From Trichosphaerium sp. ATCC 40318 (Eukaryota > Protista > Tubulinea), in contig JALMLS010000100.1 of assembly GCA_038496445.1 (NCBI GenBank), forward strand, positions 62,001-126,000: a DNA stretch of 64,000 bases, written 5' to 3'. The stretch's first letter is position 1. Each line of letters begins with the position of its first letter. The translations under genes and the position numbers were made by a program. Shown here piece by piece: positions 1-11,310 of the stretch. Below the pieces are notes generated by a model that was not told where the DNA came from, did not search any database, and worked only from the letters and a program-made list of their open reading frames with translations.

Positions 1-261
1 GATTTGATAGTAATTTGAGTTTCATAAACGCTCGTTGATCGTCTTCTTCGCTTCGAAACTCTAGACGTCCTTTTAGCAAAAACCTCCGTTTAAATCGCAT
101 ACCAAACCACTCATCACAATAAGCGTCTTCCGAGTCTTGTGTCGAAAAGTCACACCACTGAGGAGCATTAAATTCATATCTGGGGTCTACATACACATCC
201 CCGTGCGCTGTATTGACACGATTAGTAATCAAAGAGGTGGTAGGCGCGTACAGTCGCTCAT
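1..261 (-). CDS. TPX2: TPX2-like spindle assembly factor, 5' exons (continues off the window)
   Basis: Exons 252-261, 103-207 and <1-60 splice (GT-AG) to MSDSHGDVYVDPRYEFNAPQWCDFSTQDSEDAYCDEWFEFRSEEDD, matching the TPX2 Aurora-A-binding motif YEFxAP...DF...DxWF. Not in the ORF track. Confidence 0.7.
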
Positions 262-560
262 GTTCGCAATTGTACCAATAATGGCGCTATGAGTAGTTTT
301 AAAACGAAAAGGGTGTATTTGGCACGCTTGAGGGGCGCTGGTAACGGTAAAATAGTCGGCGGGAAATTACAAAAATTTTAAACAGTGAGACCAAGTGACT
401 GGTTTTTTCGCGTATCACGTCAAAGAACACAAAGTCGGTTTGCACTATACAAAACCGCGTTTAAACTTTGGTTTGCATTACTGTTTCAAGGTCACGTGCT
501 TTTGAGCTTACGCAGTCACGCTATTTATACTCACGTTAACTGTACCGAAGTTGTTTGACA
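262..560. promoter_or_regulatory. Divergent promoter between TPX2-like and eIF3L with an E2F consensus site
   Basis: GGCGGGAAA at 358-366 (reverse complement TTTCCCGCC), TTTTCGCG near 405, AACGG at 343, CACGTG at 493. Confidence 0.45.
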
Positions 561-794
561 AACAGGTAAATCGGATATTCAGTTTATTAGGCTTAGTCGC
601 ATGCACCTGTAGTTGGCTTGTTGAATTTTACGCAACTGGTGAGTTGTACCGACTCTTGCTTGCTTACAAAATGTGTAGCTTGCTCTTGTCCTTAGACTGA
701 CAGTGGTATTTCCTTATTTTACTAGATTGCAAGGAAATTTTTTGTTGGCTTAGTTGTGCTAAGTCACCGTTAGAGACTGACGTAAACTGTTACA

Positions 795-3090
795 ATGTCG
801 AACCAAACTCCTGAAGATCTTGGAGAGCACATCCGCAACTTCGTTTTTATATTTCACGAAGGGGTAAAAACCAAGAATCTCTCATCCTTGACCACTGTAT
901 ATCGCGAGACATGGAATAAAGTATCAGACGCTTATTTCAAGCAAAGTGAATGGCCTTCAATTGAGCAGATATCGCCACTTGTATCAGACGATGGTATGTT
1001 GAGAAACCAGAGCCATAAACCCAACAGGCGCCTCAAAGGCAATTGTTAGGCGTTAATTTCAAATTAATAGTTAATATTTACTAAATCTTCGATTAGAGCC
1101 AAGTAAAACATTATTCTTGCACCTCTACGCTGAGTTGTACTTTCGTCACTTGTATTCGCGATTACACAACCAACTCTCAACGGATCACCGCTTCAACGCT
1201 TGGAACAATTACAAGGCACTCTTCGACTTTATTCTAGGTCCGTACATAGCGTCACAAAAATATTAAGTGTCATTAGACCCTCAAAACGAATCTATACTCC
1301 CAGAACTTCCTACTTTGTGGCTCTGGAGCATGGTAACGCTAAAATTGGCCATTTAAATACTAATAACCGGATTGTGAAGGTTGACGAGTTTATTTACCAA
1401 TTCCAAGAGTTCTGCCAACACAGATACCAAGCCAAGAACGCTGAGGATATTAAAAAACTGCGTGACAACACTGAGGTAAGCCAAATAAAAACTGTAACAT
1501 TAAAAACGCAAATGTAACGCTTTAACTCATCAAATTTTAGCCATGGAATGTTCAAGCTGTTCTAACATACCTACAATCATTCGTTACAATTGGTAAAGTT
1601 GGCCCTTGGCTATCTGGAGGCACAAAACCGTAAGTTTAAAACGATCAATTTTTTATTTTTTTTTTGTTTTGGTACAGTGAATGCTGAGAAAACTTTCATA
1701 CGAAGCTCCTAAGAGTGTAATGTAGAACTTGTTTGATATCTGACACATTAATTTTTTTCTCCAAAAATTATCAGCTGATTGCATAGCAGTGCGTTTTATT
1801 AATTTATTATTTAAGTGAAGGTATTCCACAAGTTCAGATGTACCTTGGTTTCTTTAGTGTTGTTGGTCAACTACGTATTCACTGTCTATTGGGTGACTAC
1901 TACATGGCACTCAAATCTGTTGAAGATTTAGATTTGAATAAGAGAGTAAGCGCACAAGAGAGTTGTTGTTTTAATCGCTTATTTTTTTTTACAAGAGCTT
2001 GTTCACAAGCGTCACACAATGTCATGTTACCCTTTACTACTACCTCGGATTCGCTTACTTGCTCTCTCATCGCTTTGTTGATGCTATTAAGACATTTACC
2101 AATGTATTACAATACATTTCACGTATCAACAATAAACAATCTCGCTTCGCTAATGGAGATCGTGGTTTCCAATCAAACGTGGTACGTTTTCAAAAAAAGT
2201 TTTTCGAACAAAAAGTTGGTATTCATGTTCTTTGCCCTATAGGTATCCAAGATGGAGCAACAAATGTATTGTGCATTATCTATCGCTATCGCTTTTAGTC
2301 CTCGACGAATCGATGATACAGTAGACAGTAATTTACGTGACAGATATGGAGAAAAAATTATTCGCATCCAACGCGGGTACACTGATAAGATATTCCTTTG
2401 TTATTGGCTAATTGGTTGTTTTAGAGATTTAGCAGTACTTGAGGATATGTTCTCTAGAGCTTGTCCAAAGTTTATTAACCCAGTATTACCTCAATACGAT
2501 GATCCTCATATTACACAACATGTAATGCTTATATTTTTTTTGTTAGTTTTATAACTTACTTTTCGTTCTTAAGGGTGCTATGCGTCATCAACTCAGTATT
2601 TTTATGAACGAGGTCAAACGTCAAGTTCAATTGCCAACTATTAGGTGAGTTTGACCTTCTCAAGTAATTGATTGATTGTCTAATCTTTAACAAGGTCGTA
2701 CCTCAAGTTGTACTCTACCATTGAAGTTGAAAAACTAGCACAATTTCTTGAAATGGATGTTGATACTTTGAAGTAAGTTTTTACACGACGTCTAACATCC
2801 TGGTAACAACTCTTTTTTAAGGCTTCATCTTCAATGCTATTCGCACAAGAATAGATGTGTATCATGGAAAGAAGGAGGTCCACTTACTGGAGAGTGGGGA
2901 CCAGCATCAAACACCGAATTTTACATCGATGGGGTACGAGATCACGTTTCAGTTTTTTTTTTTGGAAACTAATTCTGTTGGGTAGGATATGATTCATGTT
3001 GTTGATAATAAGGTCGCTAGACGTTACTGTGATTATTTTATACGCCACATTAACAGGTTTGGTGATATTCAAAAGAACGCCAGAGAATAA
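795..3090 (+). CDS. EIF3L: Translation initiation factor 3 subunit L (about 12 exons)
   Basis: Spliced motifs YFKQSEWP, LYAELYFRHLY, ELPTLWLWSMVDEFIYQFQEFC, LGFFSVVGQLRIHCLLGDYY, YYYLGFAYL, LPTIRSYLKLYSTI, DMIHVVDNK; stop TAA 3088-3090. Confidence 0.95.
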
Positions 3091-3201
3091 TAATAAAAAA
3101 ATCCAAGCGTCATTTTATACTCAGAAGTTCTTGGTTTATGTACATGTCGTGTGGGTTGAGAAGGTGGGCTCTTTTGTTTTTTACATTGCTACTTTGTTCA
3201 T

Positions 3202-3705
3202 TCACGTCTGCATGAAGTAGTCGTACTCTCCGTCCTCAAAGTCTTGAGCAATTTCGTTGCCTTCAAATTCCTGCTTCAAAATTAATAACAATTTTGACAC
3301 CTGTAGCAGTACCTCATCATATTCACTTCCTTGTTCAGAGCCTGCCACTTCTAACAAATCTTCCTCAACGCGCATAACAGCTGGCGTTGCATATCTTCGT
3401 TTACCGCCAATAATGACTACTTTCTTTCGCTGAGGTGCATTAGTTGCGTTTGTGGGGAGAAAATTGTACACTGTCATTTGGTGGCCTTTCCAAATTATGT
3501 TCTACGCGTGATAATGCGTTTCTGTGATAGTATGCATTAAAATCTGCCGTTCCTCGTGGAGCGAAGAAATTACTGCGCGTGACGGTGCTTTCAGGCTTTG
3601 GAAAGCAACGTAGTGACATTGACACGAGGTGTTGTATCTGTTGAGCCAATTGGTAGCCTAAAAACCGTTATAATGCGCGGTCAAAGTTAAGTTACTTTTT
3701 GACAT
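3202..3705 (-). CDS. Hypothetical protein (about 3 exons), head-to-head with the E2F gene
   Basis: ATG 3705; two GT-AG introns join the ORF fragments 3440-3649 and 3202-3477 in frame. Confidence 0.6.
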
Positions 3706-3794
3706 AAATTTTATAAGTTGCCGCCATCGACATTTGAAGCGCCAATCACTTGCCACTGTACAAAATAATATATAGGCAACGATAGGGCTTCCAA
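3706..3794. promoter_or_regulatory. 89-bp bidirectional promoter with CHR-, E2F- and CCAAT-like elements
   Basis: TTTGAA at 3733 followed directly by GCGCCAAT, lying between two divergent ATGs. Confidence 0.4.
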
Positions 3795-5550
3795 ATGCAC
3801 ACCAACATAGTTGAGTTGATTTCAAATATTAAGCCTCAAGAGCTACGGCACCAACCTATACACAAGCACGATGCCAAGCTAAAGCCGATTCAAAGTACAA
3901 CAACAACACAGCCTCTTCCATTGAAGGAACCGAAATCGTCCCCAACGTACGCAAATGGCTCAAAAGCACCGAAAGCATCATCCAGCAAGACACAGTTTTA
4001 CTCACGAAAAGACAAGTCGCTAAAACGACTGTGCGAAAGGTATGCCTACATTAATTCGACTATGAGCTATATCTGTCATCTAATGACAGCCAACTTTTTG
4101 CAGCGTCTGACTATTTCAAGGTTTGTAGAGATGTACGAGATTGAGGGCGCTAAATCAGATTACTGTGAATTTGGGGTGAGTTGATTAGTTTCAAGTTTCC
4201 CGCGACAATTTTTTTTATTTTGGCGCAATGCCTCGTTTTTGATAGCGCAAAGTACTACTATTCTAATCAATAGCGCTGTGCTTAATTCCCGCCACAGTGA
4301 TGTAACTGATTATTAGATTGATCAAGCAGCAGATGTACTTAACGTCGAAAGACGACGAATATATGATATAATAAACGTACTGGAAATGCTTGGTGTTGTG
4401 TCACGAAAAGCAAAGGTATTTATTTCAAATGTTTTGTTTTTTTTTGCGTTTCTTTCTCTCCGTCCTTACAAGCGAATAACTTATTCTCAATTGCTCTAAA
4501 ACTAATGATACAACAGAATACATACATATGGAACGGTATGCATAATTTAGAGCGCCGTTTACGGGAAATAAAGGCGGGTTCAGGAGATCCAACAGGTATG
4601 TGTTTGTGACACTTTTTTATCATTTGTATTGTTCTCTTATCGATAAAATTTGTAGCAGAGCGATGGGGCACAAGGTCTCTAGCCATACTGACGCAAAATT
4701 TTATTCGGTTATTTTTTGGAGGGAACGACGTTGTTCTCCTTGAAAATGCCGCGAGCGTCTTGATGGCTTCTGATCCTAATCAAAATAGAAAACTAAAAAG
4801 TACGTCACATTTTCAAAAATTATCACCTGGCATTCAGAAAACTAGCAATTAAAAAACGCGCTCAAATATTAACTCAATATTTTTTTTTAGCAAAAGTTCG
4901 GCGGCTGTATGATATTGCGAATATTTTGACGAGTTTGAATCTTATTGAAAAGTCTATGGTTAAGGGTAGTCGAAAACCAGCTTTTAAGTGGGTTTATATG
5001 CCAGATGTATTTACACCTTCAGAAGAAAGTAAAGGTCAGACACGGCAAAGAACAACAGAACATTTGGTGCCTCCAAAAGCGAAACGGCAAAAATGTGAAC
5101 ATGATGTTGTTTTAGCTGAAAAACCTGTTAATTGTAATAGAACGTTGACACATAAACGACAAGCAGCACGTCAGGTTAGTAAACCTGCGTCCTTGTCGTT
5201 TAAGTTCTCGTCACCACCTGCCAAGAAAAAGCGAAAACAAGGCGCTTTTGTTGCAATGAAAAAACATGTTCCTTTACCAAGATCTTTTACTGTTGGTTCG
5301 GTTCAATCAAAGAGATCATCACCTAAAAGGATACAACCTGCTAGACAAAGTAAAACAATGCCTGGCAAAGAAAACTGCTCATTTCCAGTACGTCATTTTT
5401 TTTGTTGCCTCTTTATTTTCGAAGAAAAATAACGTGCTGTTTGGACTTACAAAGCGTTTTTTCTCAATTGCCAATGTTGGATACTTATTTTTTTTTTCTT
5501 AGATAAAACCACGTGCGAGGCGGCTCACGGCACAACGAAAGTTTATGTAA
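3795..5550 (+). CDS. Atypical E2F (E2F7/8 or plant DEL type) with two DNA-binding domains and a KEN box
   Basis: First domain [15 protein letters not shown]...[29 protein letters not shown]; second domain [10 protein letters not shown]...[20 protein letters not shown]...RKPAFKW; GKENC near the C-terminus; stop 5548-5550. Confidence 0.92.
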
Positions 5551-5815
5551 TATACAAACCGCTTAAAACAAAAAAAAACCAAAGAAACCGAAAAAAAATA
5601 TTGATTTCTTGTTTGAAAAATCAAACATTTTATCAACACCCAAAACCAAAACAAATATTTGTAAAATAAAATGGTTTACACTACAGTATCTATAGCCAGA
5701 GCGCTAACAAACCAAGTTCTATCCAATAACAGTAATGGCAATATAATTATTTTTTTATTTCCTCTCCTACGTCCTATCCCAATCCAGGAATAGGCTCTGT
5801 ACTGTTTCTTACAAG

Positions 5816-7246
5816 TCAGTCACAGTAATACTTATCAAATTCTATTTTGCTCAACTGAGAAACTTCACTGATACACTCATCTGTTACTCGGCCAGCACTC
5901 AAACGAATAATAGGTACACCTGCTAATGCGCGCAACCCTTCATCTGTTATCTTTGTTCCTCGTACTGAAACTTTATGTACACCAGCCAGTGCTTTAATAC
6001 CTTCGTCTGTAATACATTTACTGCCATCCAACATGATAGTGTGTACGCCTGCTAATACTTTTAAGCCCTCATCGGTTATGTGGCGACACCAACTCAATGA
6101 TATGGTATGTACACTAGCCAATACGTTCAATCCTTCGTCTGTTACTCTTGTAGCTGATAAATCAACTTTGTGTACATTACCCAGCGCTTTAATACCCTCA
6201 TCAGTTATGTGTTCACAGCCTGCCACTGATATGGTATGCACACTAGCCAATAACTTCAGTCCTTCGTCTGTTATATTTGTTTCTGCCAAATTAATCGTGT
6301 GTACATCAGCCAACGCTTTTAAACCTTCAACTGTTAAATTGTTGCAACGTTCTAGAGTGATAGTATGAACATTTGCTAAAGCTTCTAATACTTCATCTGT
6401 TATTATACTGGTTCTACTTAGAGTAATCTCATGTACCCCAGACAATAACTTGATGCCCTTTGGTGTTATTGAAGTGCAAAATGATAAACAAATAGTGTGT
6501 ACACCTGCTAATGCTCGCAAACTTTCATCTGTCACGTTTGTAAAAGCTAAATCAATGTCATGTACACCAGCCAAGGATTTGATGCCCTCATCTGTTATCA
6601 ATTCACAATCAAACAAATTGATAGTATGTACACCTGCAAATACCTTCAATCCTTCATCTGTTATATTCGTTTGTGACAACTCAATATTGTGTACACCAGC
6701 CAATGCCTCGATGCCCTCATCTGTTATGCCTTTGCAGTGGTGCATGATGATAGTGTGTACACCTGCCAACGCCTTCAACCCTTCATCGGCCACATCTGTA
6801 TATGATAAATCAATCTTGTGTACACCAGCCAATGACTTGATGTCCTCATTTGTTAAACCAGTGCAATTCTTCAGGCTGATAGTGTGTACGCCTGCCAAAG
6901 GCTTGAGCCCATTTTCTGTTGTAAATTGATAATTCTTCATGTTGATAGTATGTACACCCCGAAGAAGAGTCAAGTGACTGTCGTTCAAATTATTATGCGA
7001 CTTTAACCTAATTGTTGTATTTCGGAGCAATAAGGGACGCTTGGAAAGCATTACCACCTCTTCTATGGTTTTTACCTTGATTCGATTGTATCCAACGTGT
7101 TTGTGGACGATATCTCTCAAAAAGCGGCACGTTTGGGCTGAACGAGGCGCGAACATTCGTTGTTTAAGAATATGGACTATTAACTCTATTGGGAGCGCAA
7201 TAAGGTCAAAAAAGGGTTGTTTAATATCTGCTGGGCGTTTTTTCAT
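5816..7246 (-). CDS. Intronless F-box plus LRR protein (476 aa)
   Basis: F-box-like LPIELIVHIL, then about 16 xGVHTIxL...ITDEG(L/I)KAL repeats in one ORF. Confidence 0.9.
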   Translation of the reverse strand: MKKRPADIKQPFFDLIALPIELIVHILKQRMFAPRSAQTCRFLRDIVHKHVGYNRIKVKTIEEVVMLSKRPLLLRNTTIRLKSHNNLNDSHLTLLRGVHTINMKNYQFTTENGLKPLAGVHTISLKNCTGLTNEDIKSLAGVHKIDLSYTDVADEGLKALAGVHTIIMHHCKGITDEGIEALAGVHNIELSQTNITDEGLKVFAGVHTINLFDCELITDEGIKSLAGVHDIDLAFTNVTDESLRALAGVHTICLSFCTSITPKGIKLLSGVHEITLSRTSIITDEVLEALANVHTITLERCNNLTVEGLKALADVHTINLAETNITDEGLKLLASVHTISVAGCEHITDEGIKALGNVHKVDLSATRVTDEGLNVLASVHTISLSWCRHITDEGLKVLAGVHTIMLDGSKCITDEGIKALAGVHKVSVRGTKITDEGLRALAGVPIIRLSAGRVTDECISEVSQLSKIEFDKYYCD

Positions 7247-7646
7247 TTCGTGTGCAGTTGCGAGTTGTAAGAGACAATGCTCCGATGGTTAATCAAACTT
7301 TTTGCTGCATGTAGTCAACGCATATTCAACAGTGAAAAATTTGGGAGCAATTATTTCAATACTGATTACTGTTAGCCATACATCACATATTCTAGAATTG
7401 CTTGTAGTTCACAGACAAAGTATAGGCGGTACGAGAGTGTGGTATTGTCAGTAACATAGGAAACAATGCTCTTTTTTTTCCTCAATTTTTCTGGTACGGA
7501 CCTTAAGTCATTGATTAACCCTTTTACAAGGCTGGAAGACAAAAACAAAGATTTGTTTAAAATTGTGGGATGTATTTAAGGCTACGGTATTCTACAATTG
7601 ATAACTGTGAGTGAGATTGTGACATTTTTTTTGTTGCTTCTGAAAC

Positions 7647-9830
7647 TCAGTAAACATTTTTGCTCGCAAGTTGTCTTTGTTGTTCGTTAAGAGCTTTGAG
7701 GATTTCTTGTTCTTTTTGCAGTTGTTCCTCATGTTGTCGTATTTTCATTTTTTGTTTGTGTATTTTCTCCGCTAGCTTTTTCTTTTCGTCTGTTCTGCAC
7801 GTGTAATGCAATTTCAGGTCTGGTTCTGGTTTTACTTCTACAACCAAATAGTAAGAAATACCGAACTGGCCTCCGAGTGGGCGGTTACCTGTTTTTACAT
7901 CGTGTTCTATGTCTAGAGTAGTGTGTGGTAATGTCTCATTTTGTGGTGGTGTAGTAATACTACTTGTTTCAGATGGTGTTTCTACAATACATAGTAAGAA
8001 TCCAAAATGAAGTACTGATAGAAGTTACCTTTATTGCTGTGTTCAGCATCAAGGGTAGGTCGTGATACAGTCTCACTTTGTGCTGGTGTAGTAACACCCT
8101 TTTCAGACTCTATGTAAGTTTGAGCGTAACCAGATGTTCCTACATAGTCTTCGATATCATCTTCTCCTGTCAAGTCAATCTCAATTTCATCTTAAAATAA
8201 GACGATAGTATTAGCTCAAAACCTGTATGTTCGACACGTGGTACCATCTGATTCCTCGTTAGAATCCTCGTTTTCCTTTGATGTTGTATCTAAATTCGTC
8301 TTCTGTTCAGTAGAATCACCGCTACCTTGAGAAGTACTACCCTCTGCTTTGGTGATCATGGCATTAGGGTTTGGAGTTAGTGAATCTTCATGTTGGTTGT
8401 CTTCTGCGTCTTCCTCAACTTTTACGTTTGTCATTTCAAAATCACCATCATCTTCGTCTTCATCATCAGAGTCAATAATTATAATTTCATTTGATACAAT
8501 TTCATGCTGCTCTTCTACTTTCAAGGTGTCATCAGGATAGCTGTTTGAAGATTCCTCATCCTTATCATTTTCATCGCTCATGTCTTCTTCGGTAGAACCT
8601 GATTTGTATGGGTTTGGAGACTCTTTGTGTTCTTCATGTTCATCACCTTCAGTTTCTTTAAGCCAAGGTACATCAACACCACGTTTAATCTGTACAATAG
8701 TTAATATTGTTTAACTTGACATGTGATTACCTTGTACGCTTCTGCAGGGCTGTACACAACTACTGCATTCTCGTCAAATCCTTTTCCATCCTATATGTAT
8801 ATATAAGAGAAGCTTTAGGGAAGTGGCGTGTTTACATCAGGTGTAAAGTCTTGTACGACTGATGGTCGAGTTAAAAAAGGTCGATACATCCCAGTATTTT
8901 TTGTGTGCATGTATTCATGTATTGTAGATCCCTTGTTAAAGATTTTCCTCTTCACACCATTAACTGTGCCAGAAGTTTCAATTGCCATCTAAATTTTAAG
9001 CTAAGCTAATACACAAAGGACAACGGTTTGAGTAAAGTAAAGAAAGACAAGTCTCTTTTCTTTTTGGAACGAAAATTGATAAACCTACCTCAGTCAATAC
9101 TCCACCCCATGGTTCACCAGTGAATTTATTACTTACGGTAATTTTCGTCCATTTAACACGTCTATAAGGTATATTATCAAAGCAATAGTAGACGCCTGAA
9201 ATGAAGTTAAGTTAAATCTCTAATTTTGTTGCTACTACCAAAGTCAGAATCATGTGCATATTCGACGTCACTAATCACTTCTCCCATAATGTATTCCTCA
9301 GATGTAGGATCTTGTACAATGACAGTATCTCCTTGCTTCATCTTGAAGAACAATATACTAACTTTGTGATTAGATCTAGCCATAACAATGTCATAAACGA
9401 TTAAAAAAAAGTACTTCATTGTAAGGAAGAATCCTGAACTCGCTGTTATAAGAGTCTTCATCTTTGCTACTCGTTTTTTATGAGGCACAGGCCTTAGTAC
9501 TTGTTAATGGTAGGCCTTGGGAAGTAACGTTAATGTACTTAAGTTGGTCCATGTGCTGTACTATTTCAAGTGTCTTTTCAGACCAAAGAGGGGCAATGAA
9601 CCTTTTAAAACGCTGTCAGCGTTTGAAGGTTTTATTGTACGAGAGTTTTGGTACCCTCTTGTTTTAAAAGCTTCGTATATGGCCCGTGATGGTATTTTTT
9701 CATTCTTTACGCAAATATAAGGAAACACTTTCCACAGTTTTGTTGGCGCGCATTCTTTTTTAGCTTTTTTACGCTTGCCACTGATTCCGACACGCTTACG
9801 CTTTCTACACGCTGCCTTTGGTGTACTCAT
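7647..9830 (-). CDS. Probably nuclear protein: basic NLS, PUA/EVE-like module, acidic low-complexity region, C-terminal coiled coil
   Basis: ATG 9830; spliced MSTPKAACRKRKRVGISGKRKKAKK...LWKVFP...YEAFKTRGFIAPLW...FFKMKQGDTVIVQ...IMGEVISDVEY...RRVKW; later exons are D/E/S-rich; last exon KQKMKIRQHEEQLQKEQ. Confidence 0.7.
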
Positions 9831-9973
9831 ACGTAACACCAGACTTGAGTTTGATTTAGAGACTGTAACAAAACGCAAATCAAATCTGACACAATCTTTA
9901 CAAGTCAATGCATTTCATCAATAAGTAAGCCTTCGCGTAGCAAACATTCTGTACAACATTATTATATTACATA

Positions 9974-10867
9974 CTACAAGGAGGTGCATTGCTTTAGTTT
10001 ACTTTTTTGGGATCCTCTGCTATGATTGTCAACATACTGTCCGTGCCAGGTCGTTGAGGAGGCTCTGGTTCATCGCAGGTACTATTAATAAGCGCTTCCA
10101 TCTCATCCCAGTCTACTTTATTTTCTCGCTAATAAAATTATGTTAAAACCAAGTAAATTAGCAGTTATGGTGTTGCTTACGCGATTTGTGAGGTTTTCTA
10201 ATACATCCAATAGCATTGGTGCGCGATCATTAACAAAGTCTGAGAATTTATCAAAAACTTTTTGCCGCTCGAACTGGGACGGGAAGTAATCAGCCCATAA
10301 AGCCATAACATTACAAACTCTAACGGAAGACATATCACCAATAGAAACACGACTACATAAGACAAACACAGTTAGCGAAAAAAAGATACAAAGTCCAAAT
10401 TTATTTTATTGAAATGATGACGAGATGTTACGCTTTTTTTTACAGTAAACGATGCGTAGGTAACGCAAACATATAGAGGATGTATAGGTGACGTACCTTG
10501 CACCAAAAGAATGGCGCCGGGGTTTCATCCGTTGGTCAAATAGCTTAATTATAATATTAAGCTTCTTCATCGGTGTCACATTTGTGCTTGCGAATAGTGC
10601 ATAAGCCTTATCTCGATCTTAAAAAGGAGAATTTAGAAATTGTAGAGTAGCACAAAAATATTGTAAAACAAATTTGGTGCAAAAATATCTTTTTGTAGAG
10701 TTCGGGGTTATTTTTATTTAAAATACCCCATGCGTACCATATTTGGAGCTTAGAAGAGCTTGTAGTGTCTTTCTCCATCGACGCCATTTTAATGTCCTTA
10801 TTTGTGCAAGAGTGTCTTTTGAGAGCGGTAGCGGTGAAGATACTGATCGTTTCTTCAGTCGGGACAT
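9974..10867 (-). CDS. Small REM (RasGEF N-terminal)-like protein ending in a CaaX box
   Basis: Four exons, about 190 aa: ...AYALFASTNVTPMKKLNIIIKLF...SVRVCNVMALWADYFPSQF...DPKKVKLKQCTSL*; stop 9974-9976. Confidence 0.65.
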
Positions 10868-11310
10868 CCCGGCAGGTATGTTGTAGTTTTTTTATCTTTT
10901 TTGCAAAGCACGAGTTGCAAAGGTCAAGGTTAAACTCTTTCTTTGAAATAAAGCACACTTAAGGTGCAACTACCCAAATCAACCTGAATATCGCCTGTTG
11001 TAGCGTATTTTACTTAGTTCTAAAAGTAGAAATAAGCAATTCGACCAATGTCGCTTGATTTCGGTTTTAGTCGTTCAAACTGCCCAACACATTGCATGTG
11101 TTAGTTTTGGCCCTTCAAGTACCGTTTTCTGGAGTATCGTACTAAAATACTTCACGCACAAAACAAAACTGCGGCTTCTGCAATTCTAGGATCGTTTAAA
11201 GCGTAGATTACAATCCAACAATAGCTTGACTGTTTGTTGTTGCAGTCATCATAGAATTCTTGATGCGCGCTTTGAAATACAGTTAATAACGCTTAGGTTA
11301 CGAAGTTGAA

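Noticed and set aside
6033-6929. Plus-strand ORFs with repeated IVCTPAN motifs
   Set aside because: Antisense shadows of the minus-strand LRR gene.
5900-6960. Regular 63-66 nt DNA repeats suggestive of a CRISPR array
   Set aside because: Degenerate, in-frame coding repeats with no invariant repeat/spacer structure, no cas genes, and a eukaryotic context.
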